Shown one piece after another: positions 13,101 to 25,027 of a DNA stretch of 64,000 nucleotides. Numbering within the stretch: position 1 is the first letter of the stretch; each line of letters starts with the position of its first letter. The stretch covers positions 62,001 to 126,000 of the forward strand of contig DF236999.1 of assembly GCA_000708835.1 (NCBI GenBank), read 5' to 3'. Under the pieces are notes generated by a model that ran no database searches, was not told the DNA's origin, and worked only from the letters and a program-made list of their open reading frames with translations. Both the position numbers and the translations under genes were made by a program. The stretch is from Klebsormidium nitens (Eukaryota > Plantae > Klebsormidiophyceae).

Positions 13101-13573
13101 GTGCAGCCAAACGCCATCGCCACAAGGGTCGCTTCCCTCCACCCATGAAGAGAAGGCTCCATTGTCATTGCTCCCCACCGCTGCTTTGATTTTCATCAAC
13201 GCATTGTCTGCACGGGTAAGTAAGAGTCGAGGTCAATCTCTTGTATGAAAGAAGCTTACTCCCAGTAATACGAACTTCTTGACGTCAAGGCCCTATGATT
13301 GTGATTCATAGCATCAGCTTGGCATGGGTGTCTGAATGTTCAAAGGCTTAATGGCCGATATATCCTGCAGATCCTGTACTCAAACGTGAGACAAAGAGGT
13401 CTGATGCTGTCTTCAAGGTGGACAGTATGCACCTATGAATCTCATCGATTTCGCGTTTCGAGCTTACAATCTTGAGGAGACGTTGACTGGTTCGCGTGTA
13501 CTGCAGACCAGTGCCAGCTTGCAAGCACAGTAAATGCGAGGAAGAAGCAACGGCTTGTTGCAAAGAAAGACAT
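7110..13573 (-). CDS. Secreted extracellular LRR protein (about 786 aa, about 23 plant-type LRRs, no kinase) with a C-terminal GPI-anchor-like signal, 18 exons
   Basis: Exons 13573-13468, 13207-13027, 12796-12725, 12497-12423, 12106-11966, 11753-11676, 11459-11388, 11141-11001, 10772-10701, 10517-10374, 10147-10076, 9876-9802, 9534-9211, 8916-8773, 8601-8533, 8282-8142, 7858-7700, 7404-7110; total 2361 nt and open. Signal peptide [27 protein letters not shown]; LRRNT cap ([20 protein letters not shown]); repeats such as [23 protein letters not shown]; tail APAPSPAG...[32 protein letters not shown]. Confidence 0.9.
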
Positions 13574-14008
13574 TTCGGAAAATAGACTTCTGAATTCTCC
13601 CGGTCTTGCTAAGAAGTGCAACTTCGATCGTTATTGACGAACACTCTCTGCAGAAGATTTGAAGGCCAGGCGGAAGTCGACCGGTCTTGCTCTGCTCGGT
13701 TGATCAGCCGTCCAAAAGAAGACTGTCCTGCTCTCGCGCTACTCCTGAGAGCCCAAGCTTTCAAGCTTCGTCTATGCTGGCTGCATGTACGTACTTGCTG
13801 TGAGTCCTACCTAACAGTGTCTGCCTACTCCAGTCGCTCAGCAAGCATTCGGATTATGCAAAGCGACTCGCTTGCGCATCTTCGAGCGGAGTTTAGAGGC
13901 GTAGTCAGCTGCCTTCAAGCTGAAGTTGGCACTGAAAGGCCGCATGACTCGTCGCGGCCGCACGGGGGCCGCACTGAGCGGCCGGGCGCTTCGGGCCCGC
14001 GGTCACAG

Positions 14009-14020
14009 TTCGCGCGCCAA
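14009..14020. promoter_or_regulatory. Double-sided E2F-type site upstream of RECQL4
   Basis: TTCGCGCGCCAA reads as an E2F-like site on both strands (TTGGCGCG on the minus strand). It lies in a GC-rich stretch about 380 bp upstream of the RECQL4 ATG. Confidence 0.5.
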
Positions 14021-14395
14021 TTCCTCTACGGAATTGACAGTGACTTCCCTAGCCTTCGGCACCTCACACTTCAATGGGGAGTTCGTCAAGTTCTCAGGTC
14101 AAGGTAGAGGACTTTTGTAATCAAACTCGCCACTGTTCAGAACCCTTGAACTTAAGTTGAAGTGGCAAGGGCCAATTCAAGTGGCAATTGTACCAGGACT
14201 CTCGATCATCAGGGACTCTGGGTAGGAACGAATACGGTAGTGGTGCACGGAGTACCTATGAGAAGTTATGGTGGAAGCAGTTGCACCAATCACCTGCCTG
14301 CGCGTCTAGATCTTCCCCACAATCGTTGCAAACGGATTGTCAATTCATGGGATATCAATGAAACAAAGGAGGCGAGGTTCACAAATCACCCATAA

Positions 14396-17300
14396 ATGGA
14401 CCTTAGCATGCGACCTGGGCTGTCGTCCGAAGCTTTGCTTGCAGTTATCAAGCGAAAACTGGTGGTCTGGGAGTCTCAGTTCCTCGCAGAGCATGGCCGA
14501 GAACCTGGGAAGTTGGACGCATATGCAGATGAGAAAATGGGTGAGCATTGAAAATCTTTATTGACCTGCCAAGCAACTGTATGTTTTGCTATCTTTGCAT
14601 GATGCGTCATCTGATTTGAGCTGAAAATGAGCCACCAGGTTTGCAAGCCCCTTGCTGTATGCGTTGTGGAAAGCCTATCCTCCAGTCCAGGTCATTGACT
14701 TGAGACCATTGGATAAATCATTGCAGCGGCGCTCTATCGGAAGTACGCAATGCTGAAAATGGCCGTCAACAGGAATGGAGCACTGCCGAGGGGGAAGCCA
14801 GATTCAGTAAGCAGCTTGATGACTTATGTTTGTGGCATGCTGGCTGCTTCTATTGCATGGAGAGGCGTCATCCGGCGGGGCAAGCTTCTCGTCTTGACGC
14901 AACAGCGATTGATCAAAAAACAAATCTGGTCTGGGTATGCCCTGGCCACAATACTGCATCACTTGAGCATGCTTAGCAAGTGCGCTTCACAACATTCTTA
15001 CCGGCGCACAGATTAAGAGGAAGAGGGCAAGGTTTTCCAGATACTGACTGTTTCAATGTTTCCTCCAGGCCTCTCATCATCTGGCAACAAAGGGGGCTAG
15101 TGCAGCCACCCAGCGTTGTCTCCTTGAATCAAAAGGCAAGAGGCAGTTTGAAGTTGATTCCCAGGTCAACAAAAAGCACTTGGCAAGGGCACCGTTGAAG
15201 GACAGGGCCAATCTGCAGAACGACAGCATGCAGGGGAACCTCCAACGGACAAAGCTGCCCAAGCCGAAGCAAAAAGGTGGGCTCTTAGGGGATGTTTTGG
15301 GGAATGGGAACAACCTTGCCAGCGCACGTGGAGGACACTCTTTTAGCAGATGGTTACCTTCTGATGGGGAGAGGGGAGAAGAGCGGTCCAATGTGTCCAC
15401 AGTCATCCCGGTTGAAGCTGACAACGCATTTGCTGAAGAAGGGCTTTCAGCAAACCCCAGAAACCCCTCGCACAATCAAGACCGGCTGAGCCGGGACCCA
15501 AACAGCCCGCAGCGATCACAGAAAGGAGCTAGCAGTATGATAGCTGACAGCAAGGTCAAGTTACCCTTTCAGCCGGCAGCGCAGGGTCAAGGGCGCAGTT
15601 CTGGGTCATACGCTGGTGCGGGGTCCTTTTCTAAGAAGCATGGCTCATTCACTGGGTTTGCCAAGCTGCAACAGGTGAACGGACTACTTGCAGAACAAGC
15701 CCCAGAGTTGACAGGATCTGGCCCTGAGCAAGAAGCAAGGGCACCTAGTAGCATGGATACAGTGCCCCCGTCTGAACGCCTCAGAACAGACAACAGCTGC
15801 CCACGAAGCAACGCGGTGGCACAAACTCACTTAGTAGGCATCGCAGCCTGTGAGTCGGAGATAGACAACGACCAGGGAGTCCAGCGGACAGAAGAGTGTT
15901 TCGCAGAGTCGATCGGGCAGGAGCGGCAAGCAGGGGAAGGAGCGGGCCAGGCGAACCAGGGGCAAACTGCTGGGGGGCATGCCGAGCTCCCTCAATTCAG
16001 CAAGCTAGATGGAAGGCGTCAAGAGCCAGGCAGTGCAGAGCCAGTACCGAGTGGCCAACAAGAAGCTGCAGAAGGAGGAACAGGGGCCGCGGTTAGTCGA
16101 CCGATAGAAGCAGACTTGGGCGCGAGCTTAGGCAGCAGCCTGCAGGCCGGCGGCGCCATCGAGGCCAGGCTCTTGAGATTGACGGTGGTCCAATTGAAGC
16201 AGCAGCTGGAAGGGCGGGGCCTCGTGTGCAGGGGCAAGAAGCAAGAGTTGGTGGCACGCCTAGTTGGGGCCATCTTGGAAGAGGGCGACCTGAGCAACTG
16301 GGAGGAAAGCCTGGGGGTGCTCGATGCCGGGGGCTGGGGTAACCCTTCTCTGGTGTTGAAGCGGGGAGCAAAGAGTGCAACAGCGAGGGGAGAATCTGGT
16401 CGGGGTGAGAAGCACGGGGCTGGCGCCGTTGCGGAGGGCAGTCAAGAGCAATGTGTGCAAGATGGAAAGAGTGCGGCAAGTAAGGCTTCGACAAAACGGA
16501 AAGCGGGAGCGAAACAGAAACGGGCAAAAGGGGCCCTTGCTGAAGGTGCAACCTCTGAGTCCAGCGACGAAGACGTGCAGATCTTCGATGGGGCTTCAAA
16601 GAGGAGTCTGCGGAGCAAATCTGAAAAGGGGGAGAAAGAAACCGCTGGCCAGGACGAAGATGCCCCGGAGACGGCCTCAGAGAAGAGCTTTGACTCAAAC
16701 GATCTCAGCGACTCGGATGACGACTACAAGCCACCGAAAGAAGGGGAGGCGGTGGCGGCAGAAGCAGAGGCTGCCCAGGTTGCGAGTGAGGGAGAAGCAG
16801 ATTCAGGGGACCCGGAACGGCAGCCTCGAGGGAAGCGGAAGAGAGCTGCTGGTGAGGAAAGCAGTCAGAAGAGGAGCAAGGCGAAAAAGGTGGCGGCCGC
16901 AGGGGAGCCAGTAAGCAGGTCGAAGGGGACGAAACGAAGTAGGACGGTGTCGGGGCCTGGTGAAGAGATGGAACGTGGGGGGACGAAGAGGGCAGCGGCC
17001 GCCAAGCGGAGGGCTGAGCTGCAAGCTGTGGGGTGGGGAGGGCCCGTTCGCACCAGCCGGGCTACTGGCAAGGCATCAGGCAACTTCTCGAGCGCGGGGC
17101 TGCCGGTGCGCGACAACTTTGTGCGGCAGACCATCAACGGCAGGGGGGGCGGGAGGAAGCGGTTCACAAACGGGGGGCGGTCTTCCTTCAGGAGTAAGAG
17201 CGGAACCCGGCCGTTCAAACGGAACTGGGGCAAGTCGCGGAGGGGCGGAAAGACGGGGTCGAGACCAACGGGCAGGGGGGCTGCTCCTGGGAGTGAAGAG

Positions 17301-20300
17301 CCTGGTGAGGGGGGGACGGGGGAGGGGTGGGGTGCTGAGGAGCAGCCGGGCCTCTTTAAGAACGAAGGCTGGCTGCCCGCAAGTGCAGGGTCCGCAGTCC
17401 AGACGCCGGAAACTGAGTCCCTGGGGGAGCCTTCGATACCTTGTCAGCTGGTTGACCAAGCAGAGCCACCGCCGGCCAGCGTCAGTAACTGTCCGAATGA
17501 TGCTGAGACGGAGGCAGCGATGCAGGCGGCCCGGGGGGATCCCTCCGAGAGCAACCTGCTGATCGTTCTCCAGCGGCTGTTTAGTTTCGACGACTTCCGG
17601 GAGGGCCAGCTGGCGGCCATTCAGCGGGTGCTGGCGCAGCGGTCGACCATGCTGGTGCTGCCGACAGGGGCGGGGAAGTCGCTCTGCTACCAGGTGGGAA
17701 CTCATCTTTCGTCTCTTTGTGTATCGAAACCAATCTGATGTGTAGTTTCTGCTTTGCTGAGGCGCACAAGTGCGCAGAAGAGGCGCAAAAGCCCACTCAG
17801 AAGACGACTGTATTCTCAGATTGCCCTGTTGCGAAAACGAGTATTATGCGTGCGGGTCAATACTATCCTTGACACTCAAGAGCAGACCGAACACAGTCGT
17901 CTTAATGCGATTTTATCTCATCGCTTCCGAGGGATTAACACCGTCTTCTGGAAGGGCGGCGCCTGACCCTCACTTTCCGGTGATGCCAGCTGCCCGCACT
18001 GCTGCTGCCGTCCCTGACCCTGGTCATCTCCCCGCTGGTAGCGCTCATGACGGACCAGCTGCAACACCTGCCTCCCTGCCTGCCCGGGGCGCTCATCAGC
18101 AGTGCGCAGGTGAGAAAAACACACCCTGCGAGGAAAGCTAACTAGCAGAAATACAATTTGCGAAAATCTTCTTCGACCTGAACCGGAATGTGACATGATG
18201 GGACCTCGTACTGGAGGAGTGCTGACCCTTGCCTCACGCCAATTGAATAGAAACATTTTGCAAATGGTGACTGGTTACGGGACCCGGATTTGCGTGCTCC
18301 ATGGACTGTCTCCGTAAACGCGTGTTCTCCGTAACCCTTTTTTGAGTTCCGTTGAAAAGAGTCAGCAAAAGTGACATTATTCTCCTTGGCAGGCCCCTTG
18401 GGAGAGCGCCAGCGTCATCGCAAGGCTGCAAGCCGGCGAGCTAAAGGCAAGCCTCCCCCCCGTCTTTCTGTCCGCCTACCCGCTCTTGCTTTGTGTCGAC
18501 ATGTCAGCGTCATGTGTTCGTTGGTCGCCGCTTTTCTTCTCTCGGTTCCTTCATAATGTCCATTTTCGAGCCTGGTTCTCATCCTTTAATAGTTTAGCAA
18601 GCGCCTCTTCTGTCGCGCTCCTCGTTGCTGGTCCCCTTCTCGCGGCCCTATTTTTTTCCCGACCACCTCTGCTGAAACCGGTCGATCGTGCAGGTGCTGT
18701 TCATTTCTCCGGAGCGGCTCTTCAGCGAGACGTTCCTTGCGGTCATGGCCAGCCTGCCGCCCGTGTCCCTGGCCGTCGTTGACGAGGCGCACTGCGTCTC
18801 AGAGTGGTAAGCAGCCAACGGGACCGTTCCATGTCTTTCGCCAGATTGTTTTTTCAATGATGCAACTCAGATACACGCCTTCGAGGAGCCGATTTTTCGT
18901 GACTGTCAGTACAACATCGAAAGGTGCATGTGTGCCCCGACCGCATTCTAAAAGGAAAAGCAGCGGAGAATGGATGAGCGGTCAAAAAAGGAGATCTCGA
19001 CTCAGACATGAAAACCCCCGCGATCTGCAATCCGCCGTTTGACACGTGCTGTTGACACGCCTCGTACAACCAGCAGCAAGCCGCTTCTCAAAGCCGATCG
19101 CACGACCCATCGATTATCCGGGAAAGAAGGTTGCCTGCGACAACGAAGTTTTGCTTGCCAAAGCAATCCAAAGCAGCCAACGTTATTCCTCCACTTCAAA
19201 AGGCCCCACCAACCGCTCCATTGCAGGTCCCACAACTTCCGCCCCTCTTACCACCGCCTCGGCTCCGTCCTCCGCTCCCGCCTGCGCGTGCAGTGCGTCC
19301 TGGCCATGACTGCCACCGCCACCCCCAAGACGGAGGCCGCGGTCGCGGCCGCGCTCGCGCTCCCCGATGACGCCATCATCCGGTCGGCGCGAGTGCGGGA
19401 GAACCTCCGCCTGTCGGTCAGCAAGGAGGCCAACAAGTGAGCGCGCGCGTTTCTGAGCTGAAGCATGATGTTTGTATCGCTTGATGCTTTTTAGGGAAAA
19501 CTTAAACATTCGTTCCGGGAGTTCTTTCTAGCCAACGATCGAACGCTTGCTCATATGTCCGGGCTAAGCATGCCGAGTGGTCATGCGCTTTCCCCTGCTT
19601 TAAGAGACGCCAATTCCAGAAGCACGAAGTCTCCCGTCCTGCTCAGCTTGTGAACGACCGTTGAAGGACCTTCCTATCTTTCGGCTAGGCAAGCCCGGAC
19701 TTCCTTGCATGAAACGCAGCCGTTGATTCCGATTGGTCCTTTCGTTCCGTCGATTTCAGGATGTATGCCCTGGCCGCCATGCTCAAGACGGGGCCCTGTG
19801 CAAAAGTCAAGAGCGTCATCGTCTACTGCATCTTCCAGGTAAGCAGAGAGCCCCGAAGGCCGCGTAGTTTCTCTGACGTTTTCTCTGACACAGTAGAACA
19901 TTCTCAGACAGCTCTTTGTGGACGAGGACCATATTGCCAGGTGCGTATGCCAGTAGTAGTTTAATTTAAAGGTTTCGGAACAGTCGTAGGACGACCTCTA
20001 TTTCTGAAAGCGAAACCCGATCTCCGTCTAAAATGCTGGTAACCTCTCCTTTCAGGCACAGACGGATCAAGTGGCCGCTTACTTGGAAGCCAACGGGATC
20101 TCTGCTAAGGTGGGTCCTCCGCCGGGCTTGCAGATTGTCTTTTCCACAAGTTGCCTTTTCGAGCTTGACAGCGCTCCTCATCGACGCTTGCAACGAAATT
20201 TGTATCATTCGAGCACATTCTGTAGGTTCTAGAAGGTCAAGAGTTGCAAGGTGGATTCGCTCGTCCTGCACTTACAATGAGGCGACTGCTTGACGCCCGC

Positions 20301-23300
20301 CCCTGACTTCAGCTGCTGACGTCAGTACGGCCGCTCTCGTGCAGAGCTACCATAGCGGCAAGCACGGGGACGAGCGCGCGCGTATCCAGCAGCGCTTCTG
20401 TGCCAACAAGCTGCGAGTGGTGAGCGAGTCGCCGAGGGCCTAACTTTGCTTCGTCAAAACTGGTTTGCAATGCATTATTGCAGTGGCGCAAGCCCTTCCT
20501 TCTTCTGACTAATGGTGTGAGGGGCATGAGCCCTTTACAAGCAGCGACTGTCGGATCGAGTCGAAGAGCAGTTCAAAGAGCTCGGAGGAAGCCTCGCGTA
20601 ATTTTAAAGTGTCCGAAGCCTTTCCTTCAAACGTCGTAGGAATCTATGAAGAGGTTGCGATCTCGATGCCACTATCTGTCAACACCTGGAAGGTTTCTTT
20701 TGAAACCTTCGCTTAAAATTCCTGCTTTTCGTCAGCGTGAAGTCAGAGAGCCATACGCAAAACCTCAACGTTACATGCAGTCTGAACCTCAGACAACAAG
20801 AATACGGGCGTCATTAATGCTTTGACGCGTGATCGTGCGGAGGCAGACGCGTCATCTTCCCCCATTACCGCACACTTCGCTTTGAAACCGCCACTCTCAA
20901 GTTTCGTGTCCTCTACCCAATTCAACCTGTAAGGTGGCCCTGAACGGGACGCATACCCTATCCCCTGCAGGTGGTGGCGACAGTGGCTTTTGGCATGGGC
21001 CTTGACAAGAGCGACGTGGGGGCTGTGATCCATTACAACATGCCGCGCAGCCTCGAGCACTACGTGCAGGTAAGGCCACCTGCCCTCACCGCCGCTCGTC
21101 GCATCTGACTGACTGTTTAGAGCATTGTTTTGAGGAAAGTGGATCCTGGAAAGCTCCAAAATAGTCCTACTCTGAGGGACTGGTTCTCAGAGGCGAGCGA
21201 CTCGTCATAGCCCGCGTGCGGCAGCTTCTTTGCCTCCTGTTATCTCGCCTTTGTCAGCGTCGTCAACGCTGAAGGAGGTACTGCCCAGGACTTTCGAGCA
21301 AATTATGTAGGGTCAGCAGTCAGGCCTCCCTGAGCAGGTCCGCCATAGTCTTTGATGGTTCTCCGGCCTGTTTTCAGAGAATCATCATTGACAGCCAACT
21401 CTTCGGTACAGCGGCTGATTCACCGGTACATCATGCAAGCGGAATACCCCAAAAGCCAAGCGTTCTGTGTGCCCGTCAGCGCTCATACATACCAAGCGAT
21501 TGCAGGAGATCGGGCGGGCCGGCCGCGACGGCTCCCTTGCGCACTGCCACCTGTTCCTGGACGACGCGGACTACATCAAGCTGCGCAGCCTGGCCCACAG
21601 GTACGTGTTTCGTCCTTTTGAGCTGCTCCTTCCGATGCTCGAGCGGAACCCAGTTTCCAATTCCGTTTCCGTGCGAGTTCTCACTACTTTCACACCTTAT
21701 GTATCACCTTGCACACCTTCGGTACTTTACTTGCTGCTGGAAGAATCAGACTCCATTCTTACGGGAGAGGAGAGCATAACAGTGAGTCCAAACGGAGGTC
21801 TGCTTAGTTGGAAGAATATCCGGCACTCCCGTTGGATCGAGCTAGCGTTGCGCGCGGGCATGAACAAGGCTTTTGTGTTGTGCGCGAGCATGACCAAGGA
21901 TCTTTCTGCTTGTGCAGCGACGGCTGCGACGCCAACTCCGTGCTGCGCTTCCTGTCCAAGGTCTTTGTCAGCGACGGCTCGGAGGTGCGCGCGGACCCCG
22001 CGGGGATGGAGTGCCGGGCGGTGGAAATCGAGGCGACGGCCACGGAGCTAGACCTGAAAGAGGAGGTGAGAGGACTTTTGATTTTGGCTCACGACACCCC
22101 GCAGCTCACGGATTGATAAGGCTTATACTAGAGCTGAGCGGGGGTTGCCTGTTCGACTTGATTGGGCACGCTGATTACTTCTGGGGCAAAAGGGTTCGCT
22201 CGCGGAAGTGAAGTGATGCACTCACAAAGATCAGTTTAATGCCGAGGTTCCCTTGCAAGGGTCCGAATATTTCAGTGGAGGTTCGGCCAAATGCGCCGAA
22301 AACATCCTCCCTGCGCAAATTAAAGTGTAATGCCGTGACAGCCAAGCGGTGGCGACATCGAAAGGTAGCAGTGGGAGATGTTGGAACGGAAAGGAAGCAT
22401 AAGATGTCAACCAAGTTGCCACAGTGGTTGCGGCTGTCCCAGAAGAGCCTGGTTGCGGCTGTCTCTTGGCGGCGACCTCGGAGCCGCCATCCCTGCCTTT
22501 CTGTCGCCAAACAAGAAGCACGCGAGCGCAGGTGATGGCGACCATCCTGTCCGCGCTGGAGGTGGGCGACGCCCAGTACGTGCGCGTGCTGTCCCAGCTG
22601 AGCGCCACGTGTACGGTCACCTTTCACGGCCGCAGCCCCGCCGCGCTGGCCGAGGCGCACCCGCTCGCGGCCGCCATCCTGCGCCTGTGCCCGCAGCCCA
22701 AGCAGGGCCGATTCACATTCGATGTGCCCAGCCTCGCCAGCGCGCTGAGGGAACCGTTGGCGACGGTGCAGCGGGAGCTCCAACGACTGCAGGTGCGCAG
22801 CGAGAGGCTCGTATCTCTCAGCTGTTGTCAGGAAATGCGAACATGTGGTTTGAGGTCTGAGCATGTGAGGGGTATTGGGAAGCTGCTGTGCACGATTTGC
22901 GAGCGCAAGGGTCTACGCAGGGTGGTGATTCTGTAACTCACAGAGGGTTCTTGGCTCGCTTGCTCGCGACGCGAAAGGGATGCTGACGGACATGATGACG
23001 TCCTTTCTACTCTGACGAGTCCGCACGCTGACTGCCGCCGTCTGCTTATGCACACTCAAGTGCCGCATATCTCGTCGCAATCCTGTCAAACCCGGTGATA
23101 TTAACACACTCTCAGCAGTGTCAGACGTGTCCTCGATGGCAAGCAGACTGAGACTTGATGCTACTTTTGGGGCAGTCTGCGCGGGAGATTCAGTACGAGG
23201 TGAAGGACCCCGCGTTCTGCTTCTCCGTGCTGCGGCAGCCCGAGGACCTCGCGGCGCTCAGCCGGGACATCGCGCAGCGGCTCGACGAGGTGGAGCAGTG

Positions 23301-24863
23301 CAAGGTGAGCGGCAGACCGCCAACCGCGCTTTAACCCGAAACCCTAGAATCACCCCGCTCGCTTGTCAATGCTGACGTTCAGGGAGTGGACACAGCGTTA
23401 CAGTCAATGTTTACAGACACGCGTATGGGCGGGAGGTGGTTTGTACCGGCCGCATGCGCCTGAACGACAGGAGAAAGGGGCTTGACGTTACCGGTCTTCG
23501 GACCAGTCGTCTCGGTGGCCAGGGGACGAAAGCAACTCAAGGACTGTACACGGTCTGTTATGGCCCGGCGAAGTGTCTTCGGCAACACGTCTTAAAAACA
23601 AGTATACCGCCCACTTTTGAGGAAGACACACGTCAAGTCTTTTGCAGCTACAGCAGTAGGGCGTCTTTCTATCCAGCGTTGGGCTCTCAGTGACATCAGC
23701 AGGGCCTCTTCTCTATCTTAGAGTCGAGTCCCAGGCTTTTTGCAGCGACTTGAAAGGTGCGTCTTCTTTTTCCCAGGTCGCCAAATTGGACGCCATGTAC
23801 AGCGCCGCGGCCGCGGCCGCGGCCGCGAACCTCCAAACCTCCCCCAGCAGCTCGGCGGAAGATGCCAACGCCCTGCTTCACCGGCGCATTGCTGAGAATT
23901 TTTCGACGGGAGAGGACGCGGACGCGCCACTGCCAGGGGTGGTCAAGCGCGCGAGCACCTTCCTCAAAGCGGATATCAAGGCAAGCACCGAATCTTTGCA
24001 CGGCTAGAAGAAAACGATTGGGAGTGGTTGCTCGGCGCTTGCTGGGGATGCAGGGCGACTCGCTTGCGCAAAGCAGACCAAAGGAAGACCTTTGGGTCCC
24101 CAGCGACCTTAGGTGTGTGAAAACTTTTGACGTCAAAAGCAGTTATCGCGGAACTGGGCTCCTTATTTAGGCAGACCACGAAGCCCATGCCTTTGACGCC
24201 TCGCCCCGACATTAAGCCCATGCCTTTGACGCCTCCCCTCGACTCTGAAGGAAAGGTGCGAGAGTCTGCCGTTTCCCTCTGTCAATGAATGCACCGTCTG
24301 TCGTCGTAGAGCAATTTTAGAAAGTACAAGCTCCTCGGAGGTGCAGGCTGATTGGAAACTAGTTTCACTCCGCAGGTCTTTCTGAACGGGAACAAGCACG
24401 CTCCGCTGACGGGCCGTGCCGTCGCCCGCATCTTCCACGGGCTGTGGAGTCCGGCGTTTCCGTACCAGGACTGGTGCAAGAACCACTTCTGGTCAGTGCT
24501 CTGGCTGCTGCTACAAGGTTTCTGAAGGTCACGAAGAAACACGAGGAGCTCATCAAAGGCCTGCGGATTCAATCACCGACGAGGGCTGGACCTCGAAGTC
24601 TTTATGCGCGCTCAGCAATGGTGTGCATTCATTAGGAGACGTGACTTCCGCAACGGAAGTACGCAGTAGTATCGGAAACATAATTCCTGTCGCTAAAGCT
24701 GCGGTGGTCCACTCCTGAGAGGGTTATCATCCAAATGTGCGTCTGCTGGCTTCATTTGAGCGCTTCGATTTTGTCGTGCAGGGGTCGGTATGCGGACGTC
24801 AACTTCCACGACATTCGGAGGATCGCCACAGCAGCGCTAGTAGAAGCGAAGTGCAACAGATAG
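14396..24863 (+). CDS. RECQL4: RECQL4-type (plant RecQ5-like) ATP-dependent DNA helicase with Sld2-like N-terminus and SAP domain, about 1562 aa, 18 exons
   Basis: Exons 14396-14540, 14727-14806, 15069-17693, 17990-18109, 18393-18446, 18694-18806, 19227-19436, 19760-19838, 20056-20109, 20345-20419, 20971-21069, 21506-21600, 21918-22065, 22532-22792, 23176-23304, 23777-23980, 24376-24491, 24782-24863; total 4689 nt. RecQ motifs [79 protein letters not shown]4-specific motifs [11 protein letters not shown] and [17 protein letters not shown]...FWGRY. Confidence 0.93.
24181..24243 (+). repeat. Short intronic direct repeat (33-bp period)
   Basis: AAGCCCATGCCTTTGACGCCTC at 24181-24202 and again at 24214-24235, inside RECQL4 intron 16. 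Confidence 0.8.
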
Positions 24864-25027
24864 ACGTAATCTACCCTTATCCTCCACTCCTTTGGTTTTG
24901 CGAGAGCTCGAATCATTGCTTGTACATCTGACGAACGAGAAGATGCATCGTTCCTGGCCCCAGGAGACGAATGTTACATTTGACTGGTAAATGCACATTT
25001 GACGCTCTTTACACCTTTTGACTGAGA

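Noticed and set aside
16093-17705. Long antisense and alternate-frame ORFs (200 aa or more) over the RECQL4, VSR and importin exons
   Set aside because: Shadow ORFs caused by high GC and codon bias; no motifs or independent splice signals.
15180-17738. 852-aa ORF starting at TTG as a stand-alone gene
   Set aside because: It is the internal exon 15069-17693 of RECQL4. The frame is open back to an acceptor at 15068 and ends at a GT donor after SLCYQ.
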